Of a stretch of 44,181 nucleotides of DNA, positions 24,344 to 36,400 are shown piece by piece (position 1 is the stretch's first letter; every line of letters starts with the position of its first letter). This DNA is from Nemertoderma westbladi. Lineage: Eukaryota > Animalia > Xenacoelomorpha. The stretch lies in contig JAUCBJ010001824.1 of NCBI GenBank assembly GCA_032718475.1, positions 1 to 44,181 of the forward strand, given 5' to 3'. A program made the translations under genes and the position numbers. The notes below the pieces were generated by a model, which ran no database searches, was not told where the DNA came from, and saw only the letters and a list, made by a program, of their open reading frames with translations.

Positions 24344-24972
24344 CAGGGCCGCCGAGAGAGGGGAGGGGGGGGGGGGGGGGTACGGGCGATGCCCAGGAGG
24401 CCCAGAACGGCCACACTGGGCAATTTTCTGAACCCAGACTAGGTAAACCATCGCATTGTTATTTGGAGCCCTTCTTGGTGATTAAAACGAGACAACTACG
24501 TAAATATTCATTCTAGAACATTAAAATAATTTAACAATTGGTGAACCAGTTTGTTGTGAAGTTGAGTTGATTCTATCAGCCTATTGGTTGTCTGGTTTCG
24601 GGATATCAAGCTGACAGCTGACTCGGATAGCCCAGTTGAGTTGATTCTATCAGCCTATTGGTTGTCTGGTTTCGGGATATCAAGCTGACAGCTGACTCGG
24701 ATAGCCCAGTTGAGTTGATTCTATCAGCCTATTGGTTGTCTGGTTTCGGGATATCAAGCTGACAGCTGACTCGGATAGCCCATTTGAGTGAGGGCGCAAA
24801 GCAGGGAAAGGACTTCCACTCCCTCCAATGGCAATAAATAGTTTTTTGTCAAATGGGGGGGGGGGGGGGGGGGGGGGGGTAAATTACACTAATTTCACAT
24901 CAAATATAAAGGGGGCCCGGATTTTCCACAAATACGTTGCCCCGGGCCTGCTTTTTCCTCTCGACGGCCCTG
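24344..24972. mobile_element. hAT-like MITE (duplicate of 7707-8335) with 3 x 74-bp repeat at 24561-24782
   Basis: Same TIRs and flanks as in copy 1. Confidence 0.8.
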
Positions 24973-25133
24973 GATACCGTACCAATGTAATGGGCAGAAC
25001 ATTTTTGTATTAAAGTGACTGTTTGTTTACAATGCTTGAAAACGTCACTATTAAGTAACTTTTTGTTTTCTTTTATCTGTAAATTTGTTCAATTAATAAA
25101 CCAATTAATCAATTCTGTTTTATCACCGATATA

Positions 25134-25574
25134 TCGTGACCAAAGAGCCAGAACAACACTCACCAAAAAATGTGGTTTCGAGAAAAATGCAAAAAACCTT
25201 ATCGTTTCCCTCTATATGGATCCCGTCTCCTAATTTTTTCGAGAGAGGTCTGGGAAGATACAATGATACATTTTATAATAGTGGCTAGCATTCAGAATAA
25301 ATTTTGTTAATGAAAAAAACTGTTTTTTTCGTTATTTTCCAAAGAAGCAAAACAACACATACTGAAATTTAACATTAACTCAGTCTGTGTGTGTTGTTTT
25401 ACCTCTCACTTTTATGTTGTGAGGGTTGTTCTGGTTTTCCATATCTCCTAAACGGACTGACATACAAGTCTAGGATTTTAACATAAGATATAGAACGCCA
25501 TCTTGAGTAATTTTGGTGAAAAAAATTTTTTTTGAAAAATTGTGGTATGTGTTGTTCTGGCTCTATGGTCACGA
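25134..25574. mobile_element. MITE (duplicate of 8497-8937)
   Basis: Same TCGTGACC.../...GGTCACGA TIRs. Confidence 0.8.
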
Positions 25575-26336
25575 ATTATAATTCTGTAATTTATATAAAT
25601 TCCGAAATGTTAAATCGGGTTTACCATTAAGTCCTATATAATTGTGTACAATAGTTGGTTTTGTATATAAATTTTACGACGAACGCCAACGACTTATTAT
25701 TACAGGATTGTTTACGACTCCAATTAACAATACAATCTTAATAATGGCTTTGAAGTTTGAACCCTACATATATGGGGTGTTGTTGACCTTCCAATTACAC
25801 TATTTCCCGAAGATTTTTCAATATAAAAACTATCCTTTCCAGCTAGATTTATTGACAATGTCGAATTGATATTGCTGTCCCTGTCCCTGAAAATATATCA
25901 AATTAAATTCATAGAAATCCCTTCCAATCGCGGCATTATGGGAGAAACCAGGCAACACCGATTGGGGAGGAACGAAGAGATAACAGGTCGTTCGTCGTAG
26001 GTCTTCAGAAAGCTACAACTCGAAAGGTCGAACTAGGGCGCACGAAACGAAATAATTAACAGCCAGCTGATCTACATTTAATACGAGCTATAGGCCTAAT
26101 TATAGGCGAAATAACTACATATAATTAATTATCGATTGAAATAATTAAAGTGTTATTTAAATCGACCAATAATATCAATCGAAATAATTCAGCATGGCAA
26201 AATTTTAAACGATCAATAATATCACTCGTGTTAAATTACTGAATATTGATACTAAATGTATGCCATATAGAGTATGTCGTCATTCGAATACGCACTATAA
26301 TTATTTCACAATTTTAAAACTTACAAACAAGGAATA

Positions 26337-26395
26337 GGTCAGAATCGAACCAGGCGCCTTTACATTCATAACCCGACGCGTTATCCACTACGCTA
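26337..26395 (-). repeat. tRNA-derived fragment (duplicate of 9705-9763)
   Basis: Same A/B box sequence. Confidence 0.6.
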
Positions 26396-26687
26396 ATTTG
26401 GATAAGTGTATATTTACAAATAATTCCCAACAAATAAATAAATTAGATTCGCCATTGTTCATAATTAGCAATTTAAAGCTTTTATGGCCCTCGTTCTATC
26501 ACTCTATCACTCGTGCCGTAGCGCTATAAAATGCTACTTTTATGAACAATGACGTATATAGTTAATATTAACTTCCTGTTAACGATTTCCGTCTCTGCAC
26601 TTTCGTTGTCTCTTTTATTATTTTCTTATTTTATTAAAAGCCGTCGTTGTTCCAAAAGCCGGTTGATGATAAAAATGATTAATAATT

Positions 26688-28143
26688 TTATTCCAAAATT
26701 GTAACTTTACTCAACGCCGTTAGTATTAACAGCGAGTTGTTATTTATCACTTTACAACATTTGAGGACATTACAGCATTGTATTGGCCTGTAAATTTAGT
26801 ATTGTATTTGGTGTTATCCGTTCTGATCCTCGTGGCTTTATTTTCACTCACTCATTAACGTTCGTTCGTGTAACAAAGCCACTCGGATCATCACACTGTA
26901 AAGTGCTACTTTACACACAAGTATGTAAATAGTTATTATTCCAAAATTGAAACAGTACTCAACGCCGTTAGTATTAACAGCAAGTTGTTATTTAGCACTT
27001 TACAACTTCAGAGGACATTACAGCATTGTATTGGCCTGTACATTTAGTATTGTATTTGGTGTTATTGTTTACGTGGTAACCAATGACGGCGTTAAGTAAT
27101 GTCCACTAAGGGGACATTACTTAACGCTGTCATTGGTTACCACGTAAACAATAGGTGGAAATTTGCCTGACAGCCAGATAGGCCTACTGCATTACCTACC
27201 GGTAGGCGGGGTATAGCTAATAATAACCAGTAGCTAAATTATTAACACGGCTCCAAACGCCGGCGATAAATATAAGCTAACTTATTTATAACATAATTTA
27301 TGTCATTTTTACATTTATTTATACAGCAACTAATTTAATTTATGCAGTTTCTATCACTTATAATGTATATGTACAATCATTTCGTAATGTTACAATTTTG
27401 GAATAAAACTAGTAACTACCAGGGACAGGATACGATACGATACGAAATCGGATTTTCGTATTTCGTATCGCAGTAGTATTTTATTCGTATCGAATTTCGT
27501 ATCGTATCATAAAAATAGACTTCATATCGTATAATACGAATAAATATTTTTCGTATTTCGTATCGTATTTTAGTATCTTATTATTTTGTAAATATTAATA
27601 TTTTTAACAGTCAAACAAGAGATCAATCACACCACTTATTTATTTAGGGTTTTTTCAAAATTGGTTAATAAATTAAGTTACCGGTTAGAGTTTTATTAGG
27701 TCAATAAAATGTGTAACACTACACAAGCATACTGGAACATTGAAATAAAAAATATTTGCATATTAAATAGAGATTTTTAATATTATTTTCTAAGTATAAA
27801 AAAAATACATATATTTTTTATCAACTCTTAAATAAAATACGATACGAAAAAAATACGAAACTTTTTTCGTATCGTATGTTGGATTTTTCGTATCGTATCG
27901 TATTTATCCAAATTTGTATCGTATCGTATCATGAAAAATTGGTTCGTATCGTATCGTATTTTCGTATCGTATCGTATCCTGTCCCTGAAAACTACATACA
28001 TACTTGTTGCTAAGTACTTTACAGTGTTCTGATCCTCGTGGCTTTATTTTCACTCACTCACTAACGTTCGTTCGTGTAACAAAGCCACTCGGACCATCAC
28101 ACTGTAAAGTGCTACTTTACACACAAGTATGTAAATAGTTATT
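26688..28143. mobile_element. Hairpin element, copy-2 version (unit 1 internally deleted, single 123-bp core)
   Basis: Full P1 palindrome at 27063-27153; junction GTTATCCGTT|CTGATCC at ~26822 joins P1 to P2. Confidence 0.7.
27420..27987. mobile_element. hAT-like (CGTAT)n MITE (duplicate of 11148-11711)
   Basis: Same TIRs and insertion site. Confidence 0.88.
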
Positions 28144-29732
28144 ACAAGAAATGTAATTAATGTTCGTAACTATTGGATTAATTTATCGTTTAATTAGTTC
28201 AATAGGGCCTCCAGCTACCGGTATAGTTTCAATTGAGTAGGCCGACCTAACATAATTCAAAAAAAGAATAATAAACAATTAAATTTAGCCTCGATAGACA
28301 GACTGGAGAACTGCAGGCAGATACATCAGGGTCCGAAGACGCGTATAAGTTCTACTACATATTGTGCAGAGTTCATCTTGGACGGCTTAAAAGCTGGATT
28401 AAAAAGACTGGATTAAAAGCAAATATAATGAAGGACTTTAATTAGCCCTCTAGCGTGAAGTGTTTAATTTCGAACGATACATAAAATTAAACTTTTTAGG
28501 TCCTCTACAAGGGTATGTGTAATGTAAATCTAGCGACAGAGAAGACATTCATAATTAATAAACTGTTACCCTTTCCAGCTACGCGTATCCTACGACCTTC
28601 GCGTAACTTGATGCTTCTCTTGTGTTTATATCCACTATTAATTAACTCGCTACAGCATTCGCTGACAGATAGTGACGGAAGTTAGTGAAAGTGTCATGGA
28701 TTCAAATAATATATATTTTACATTAAATACAAGCACCATTATTCGTAAATATGTATAAACTCATATTATAATAAAATCATTAATAAAAAAAATTTAACAT
28801 ATTATTATATTTCAATAAGTAAAACAATATCAAGCAAAAATTTAATTAACTGCGGTTATATCTATACAAGTAAATTAGTAGCACAAACTGTATATACATG
28901 CGTGTATATTCTAGAACCACGGCCAATCCAAGTACAATTAGCAGACAATATCCATAAACAAACACATGCCACGGAAAAATGATAAATTCATTTTTTACGA
29001 AAATTAATGATTCACAGTACTTAGTTCCAATTTAGCCTCATGCTTTTAATTAGTTAATTAGTCAATTAGTTGTTTTTAGTTTTTAATTTGATTTTATGAT
29101 TATATTCATGAGTGCCTAGTATTATGGTATAATTTATTAATTGTAGAAAACTGTTGTTGTTTTATAAAACTAAACATAAATTAATGGTATCCGATAAAAG
29201 TTATATAAAATGTTAAGTAAAATTCATCTGATCGAATTTATTTATATATTATTAATTTAGAGATTTAGAGGATTAGAGAATTAAAAAAATTTAGTAAAAA
29301 ATTTAAAAGTATCAAAGCAAATAATATTAACGAGAGTAAGCAGGTTGAGTTGTTGAGGTAGGCCGACATATTCTACTATTAGAATAGAAAATAAAATAAT
29401 TGCATAGGTCCCGTTTCTACACGGGTTATTTTTATGTGCGGTTTACTGAGAGCATTTTTTTTGCCCTTTTCAAGCTATTTTTTGAGCTTTATATGACATT
29501 TTGTTTTGAACTTGAAAACTTGTAACCCAGAAATGGAAAATTAACATTCGTGTCACAAAACCACTGATTTATACGCGTAGTCATTATTTTTGAAATGAAG
29601 TTTTTATTACGTTTTTATGAACTTTATTCAAGCTTTATCGGAGCTTTATTCAATTTTAATTTTAAATTTAACATTTCCGAATTATCAGATTAATTTTGAA
29701 GCAATGAATTTCTATTTTCTGTTGTTGACAAA

Positions 29733-29783
29733 CCGGCACAGCTTTCTTAAAAATGCAGCTGCAATGCAGCATGCCGATCCAAG
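29733..29783 (+). mobile_element. Third copy of the Helitron-like 3' terminus
   Basis: CCGGCACAGCTTTCTTAAAAATGCAGCTGCAATGCAGCATGCCGATCCAAG|T matches 4102-4150 but has different flanks. Confidence 0.5.
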
Positions 29784-30435
29784 TAGTAGTAGTAATGAAA
29801 TTCTAAAAAAAAAACGCTCAAGAAAGCGCTAAAAAAATTCAGCGTTGATAAATAAATATTATAATTAATTAAATTTATATTTTCACGATATTTTTACTGC
29901 CGCTTTTTTCAACAGTAACTGTAAAAATTATTTTAGAATAAATTATTATGAATTTATGTGGATTATATTGTACAATCGAACGCTACATCAATACAGGACA
30001 GGTGTTACAAAAGTGGAAGTTTCAGATTACACAAAGTAACGTAATTTACATTGCCTAATAAAATGTCTACTCGTCAACACTTTTATATTATGTCCAATAA
30101 ATTTTAGTGAACCATAAATAGACGATTATAACAGCTTTGAATTTCCGGCAAAATTAAATGTCATGGATTTTAAAATCTAAACCTTATAGGACTCAAAAAA
30201 TAGTGTCCCAATAGAAGTAACCCCCCCCCCCCCCCCCCCCCCCTCTACCTGTAAACAGTAGAGTTTTCCTTGATAAGTAGCCTAACAATAATGATCCCAA
30301 ACCATAAAAGCTGCCGCACTATTAATAATACTATCGCCGTCAGCAGCTGTTTTTAAATTATTAGGAAACCGCTTTATCATTTACAAATAAAAATAAACAA
30401 ATTTAACAGATGCATCAAATTCAGCCTATTTAAAT

Positions 30436-33400
30436 TTAATTTTGACAACATTGTTGCAAAATCGATAACGCCGGGTAATTTCCGTAAATCTTCCCAACAA
30501 GACCCCCAATAAACCGCAAACTCTCTCGCAAAGAATTCTCCGCGAAATAAGCGAATTCCAGACTCCAGTCGATCGTCGCGTAAAACTCCACGTAGAGTTT
30601 ATTTGATCGCATTGCGCGGAGATTGGTGAGGGAGGCTGTGAGTAGAGGCGAGGGTTTCACAGGGTTTGCGTTGGTTCTGTGGTTCAACCCAGACGGGTCC
30701 AGCGGTCGGTAGCGCAGCACGCCGTCGCACGGTATCTGCGTCGCCAAGTAAAGCGCCAGACAGCGCGAAACGCACCGACACGCTAAAGTAAGGCAACTCT
30801 TCCTTCCCAGTCCGATAGAACCAAAGAACCCCTGACTGGATTTATCCTCCCCAAGAATCGTCAACAAGTTAACTAGCGACTCTAGTTGCTTAGCAACCGT
30901 TGCGTGGGAGCCGCCGTAATCGACTTGCCGAATCATCAACTCGACGATCTTCGCCCAAAAAAGGAGCATCTTGTGTTCGTTACTAGGCAACAAGGACGCG
31001 ACCGCAATGCTCGTCCAATCAACAATGCGAGCCAATAGAACAGCCTCATCCTCTAGTCGTTGACTCAACGGGAGATGCAGCATGATCTCGGCGTATAGCG
31101 CGTAGAACGCGGCGTGCGATACCGAGTCATTCATTATCTGGGCGTGGTTGATACCGGACGAGCTGAGCGTCTGCAGGAGAGACCCCCAGCCGGCGAGTTC
31201 ATCCCGTGGCGTTGAAGTACCGTTGAAGTATTCCTCTATGCAGACCTCGGCAATCACGCAGGAGTAATCGGAAGCGAGAGTTTTACACGCGGCCGATAAC
31301 AAATAGGTGTGGATAGAGGAAGAGGGAGTCGATTTAATCCAGGAGTTAAACCCGTTGACTACGGTGGATTTATAGGGGTACGGGGCGGCGTTGACGAAGT
31401 TAACACATTCGGAGAGTGTGGCGACCACGCCGTCCTCCAACGATTCCGATTGGTTGTCACTGAGGGCGACCAGTTTGTGTATCAACTGGAGTTGGTGGGC
31501 GACCACGAGGTTTGTGGTCTCTGGCGTCGGTTGGACGCTGGTTGAGGTCAGCATGTTGTAGTGCAGTGTGTTTATGCAGCGCATGTAGCAGCACTGCTTG
31601 ACGCAGTCGAGGGTAAGTTGCGCGCAGTCGGGAAATCCTGAGGCCATCTGTAGCAGCTGCAGACCCAGACTGTCGTCCCGGGAGACAGCCAATGGGTCTA
31701 CGAGGTTGGCAAGGTACTGGCAGTTCGCGTTGTTCCCGTACCAGATTGAGGCTTCCTCGAATCCCGAACTAGAAAGCGAACGCCAACTGAACGTCAACGC
31801 GGCGGTCAACAACTGCGAGAAGTTACAGCCCTGAGCGCCAGTTACCGACGAATTCGCCGAAAACATGACGAGAAGTTTGAATAAAATCACGTGGAATTCG
31901 ATGGAGATTTCTATGTCGTGGGAAGAATAGGAGATAATAACCGCGGGCCAATTTATACTGGGAAAAACGAACCCCATAAAGTCGAATGACGACGGAGGGC
32001 AGGTGGAATAAAGGGAAGACATGAGACGCATCGATTCCATATCGGGGAAGAATGATTCCCAGGGGAGGGTGGGAAAGCGGGCGTGATAGACCCGCAGTAC
32101 GTGGTCCTCTACCTCAGGGCGGGCCAGGGACTGCACGTAGTATGGGAAGAACAGCTTCATAGCGGTGTGTCCGTAAGGAGGGACCAACTCGGTGAAGGCT
32201 GTGTGGAGGAGGGCAATGGAGCGGGAGAGTTGGTCCACGATGATAGATGCGTTGGTTGAGTCCGAGTCGCACCACGGAGAGTCCATACCCTTACGGGGCG
32301 AGTCGCCTAGACTAATAGGCAGCACCCAGGGGATAAACAATCGGATTATGTTGTTCCAAGTTAAGTATATCTTTCCTTCTACGATGTCCAAATGATACGG
32401 CGGGCACAAACTACTGGCTTCTTTAACAATCAAACCGCGAGTTATAAACGAGAACAGTTTCGCTAGGTTACAGATGTGCGGCGCCCATTCGCCATATAAA
32501 CTGACTTTATCCACCAATCGTTGGTTGTTAAAGTAATTCGATATCCATTCTACATAGGCATTGAGTGTTTCCAACGGTATGAGTTTTTCCATATGCATTG
32601 TAACTTCTTGGTTAACAACCGGTGAACCCTGTATATCATCGTTACGGAAACCCAAACATTCTAGAATTTCATCCCAAATGAGAGGCGATAGCTTTTGCCT
32701 GTAAGAACGTTCAACCAATGACGTCATTATGTGAAGGAAGTTGCGGGGAAATTCGTGTAGGAAAACCTCCCGGAAGTGACGTCGCAGTAGGGTATGACGC
32801 AACTCGTTGTGAGTATCAATGACACCGCCAGTGGTCTCTAGGCTGACACCGACGGTGTTGATGAGTCGGTCCACGTAGAGCTGAGAAGGGCGGGAGCCAA
32901 CCAACCAGGAGTAAACATCGAACTTCGAGAGAAGAGAGAATGCGAGGGCGTCACCATGGGGACCGTGGGGTAAGGAAGCTACGTCATTGTATAGAGCAGC
33001 GAACTCATCGGGATTGGACAATGGCTCCAGCATAGGGGCCAACGTTCCAGTCAGAAGAGATTTACTTAAAACCAACATGAGTAAAGGTTTCACTTGTTCG
33101 GGACATCCTTGAATAAAAACATTACCCAGAACTTCGATGCAGGAAACAATCAGCTGTTTGGTTGGATTAAATCCCCACAAATTATTATCGACCATTTGTG
33201 TTATATAATAAAATAAATCAGCACCAATTCGTTTGTAAGAGTCGTGATTATCCAAATTCCTCTGCGATTTGTACAAATTAATGAGAACAGTGATGGTAGA
33301 TTCAAGGAAAACGGCTTGTAAAGGTACGTCCTTCCCGCACCCAGTGCGACATTGTTTCATCAAACCCCCGTAATCGACTCGGTTCACATCCGCGCTATTG

Positions 33401-36400
33401 AGAGCGCTGGCGTGGTCGACTTTCGACTTGAATCTGATGACGAGGTTGGCGGGACCTCGGCAGACGTGCGAGGGCTTCATCGTCTTTGTGCAGGCGACGA
33501 CTTGGTGGAGCTCGCGGGGCTGGTTGGAGTGGAGTTGGGGGAGCAGCTCCGTGTAGGTGAGATCCAACGAGGCCATCTCGTGGAGACACCTTTGGGAGAG
33601 CCGCGCCTGGTGGACGAACACGGAGAAACAATCGCTGAGACGACGAAGCAGTCGTGTGGAGTCTCCTAGGAGATCGTGGTCCACTTCCTCAATGACGTCA
33701 CCAACTGGAAGTAGATTTGGCGGACGAACAGACGTATCCGCATTCCTCTCTATGCGTTCAAGAATTCTCTTTGAACATTCCGAAGTTTCGGGTTTTCCAG
33801 ATGACCGCAGTGGTCGCCACTGGTCGGAAATGGCCGGGTAGGCGTGGTCGCGCCACCGGGAACATAATGACGTCACCGTAACCGTGACAACGTCTAGCAG
33901 TACCAGGTCATACCAGAGTTCCGTGTTGGCCGCAAACATGGCGGAGAGGTAAGCGATCCCGTAGCATGGAGGTAGACCAGGGAGGTACAGGGAGGGGTCG
34001 TGTAGTCGGGGCTCGTTCAACCACAACTCGGCGGCCGTGTACAACTCAATCAGTTTGCTTCCGAGTTGGAGTTTACCATCATACTGACTTCCATCACTGG
34101 TTTTAGAGTCTTTCAACCGGTACACAGTGGATTCGAGACGCTTCGAGAGTTTCTTCTTAATGGCGACTCTAGCAGGAGTGCTGTCGTAGAAACGGAAACC
34201 ATGGCTACCATGGGGGGTTTCAACCCTTTGTGTGGAGTAGAAATATAATTGGAAGAACTGTTGCCATGCCAATGGTGTGAGTGGATGGTCCACAGGCATT
34301 TCTAGACACAGCGCCGCCCATCGGACAATGCAGAGACTCCCAACAGAAACGTTGACACGGATGCGAGTAGAAACTCGTTTAACCGCCGCCTCTATGGTCG
34401 GAGAACCTCGACCGGAACTCGACTCGACCAGAACCGAATCCCAAATTAAATTATCCCGCTCAATTTGCGTCTCGGCTAAAAGAACTGCGAACGACAGCCA
34501 ATAGAAGCCCTGGAAAGTGGACGGAAGTGACGTAGAAATAACGTCCCCCCCGGTACCGGAGGTAACCCAGGAAACCACGCTGCTCAACAGACCCCCCTGT
34601 TTATCCGGTTTATTCAAACTCGAACTCAGGTAGAACTGGTAGACCACAACATAAACTCGTTTCCATAGCAACGAGGACAACATGAAGGAGGTCTGGATGA
34701 GAAGGTCAATGAGGAAACAAGCCGGTTTCAACTGTCCCCAGTTGGGAACGTTCGTAAGCGCCGACATCCAGAAGTCGAGCGCCGCTAGGTTCATCTTCGA
34801 TGGGTCGAATAACTCGAATGAATACTCGACACTCGTTTCGTATCGGTCCCCGATGAAACTCGAACCGACCACCTCATTGGCCACCATCCCAGCAAACAAC
34901 TCGAGAATCTGTCCCGGGAACACCGAGTCCCAGCCTGGGACCTGGGATATCAACCAGGTCGTCAGTCGAACCTCCGAGAGGAGAATGTTGGAGAGAAGCG
35001 AAATAAACAATGAGTTCTTTATAATCGAGTCGGGAGTGGAATAAAATAACGGGGAAATAAACGATAACAACTGAACAACCGGAGTGAAATTATTCGAGTC
35101 GATTAAACTTTGTAAACTTCGTAATCCTTGAGAGATAATCAACCCTGTGTCTACCCCATATGACGTCATGGCCACTGCTAGAAACGTCCCTATTGGATGA
35201 TTGGCATGCCAAGCGTCCAACACTGGTTTGACTGTGGCGTTGAGATCGTGAAAGCAATAGGATTGGTCGAGGAATCCCTGGGAGGGATGGAGTTTCAGAC
35301 GACGGAGGAGGTTCCAGGCCCACTGGAGGAACCGCTGTTCCTCATCCGGTTGTCTCAGCATCGAGTAAGCAGCTGACTTGAGATGGTAGACCACTTCGGT
35401 GGTGATGCCCTTAGCGGCGGTGGTGGTACTGCAGTGCGTCAAACACACCTCGAGAACCATAAACGCTACAAAACGATGTAACGTTACGGAGATAGCCCCG
35501 GTTCTAGAACCCCAGTTCATATTGGATAGAATCAAACGGGCGAGTCCATTGAGCGGGCTGCTGATTGGATGTTTAATCAACCAAACTTTAAGCTTCTCGA
35601 GATCCACCGACCGTGGTAACCAATAGAGAATCGGCAACTCCTGGAACAGGTAATGATTCATTGTACCAACAACGGAAATCGTCTCGTCGACTTTACCGAG
35701 AAGCTCCCCAACAATAAACGGGTGGGAGGCGGCGATGGAAGAGATAACATCCTTACCGCACTTGGAGCAGAACTCTCGGGTGTGCCGGTTCACATAGCAG
35801 AAGTCGTAGATCTCGTTGCTAACTAACGATATAAACATTGTTCCCCCTTCAGACTCGTCACGCGATTTCGCCATGTTGGCCAACGAGTTGAGCAGGTAAA
35901 TCGTCTCGCTAATCGGCATCGGCATGAGTTTACCTTCGAGCATCAGATATGAGTCGACGGAGTGCAACATAGATACCCAGTCGTTACTCGGTCGATTCGA
36001 ACTCAATAGATCATCAAACTCTGCAACTTCCTCACAATGTATCAAATAGATTATCTTCCAGAGCATTGAGGTGGATACCATATAGAACGGAATGTCTGAA
36101 AGGAATTGTAGAGTCGATGACGATAATAAACCTCGGCATGCTCGGAGTACCAGGTGGTCAAACTCAGTCTGGCACCGCTCCTTAGTGTAAATCTCCGCGA
36201 GTGGGAGGTTAGCGGACTCAACCCGCTCGAGGAATCCCTGCCAGTGGTCGGAGGCGAAGTAGACGAGACGCCGGGACTCGCGTCCGAGGCGTTTAACAAA
36301 CTGGAGGTAGCGGGGCGAGCTGAACGTCCGGAATCCAGAGTTGATTAGGTCGAGGAGTTGGTCGATGAACGAGAACAACTGGATGGTGTAGAGGGGGGAG

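Larger units (their letters stand above)
22208..28671 (+). repeat. Segmental direct duplication, copy 2 (~6.5 kb)
   Basis: Near-identical to 5581-13614; identity ends at GCTGACAGATA (13614/28671). Confidence 0.97.

Noticed and set aside
5581-28671. Giant LTRs or a giant TSD formed by the two duplicated blocks
   Set aside because: The blocks are a mosaic of unrelated MITEs, begin inside an older TIR element, lack TG..CA ends, and one abuts the middle of RT.
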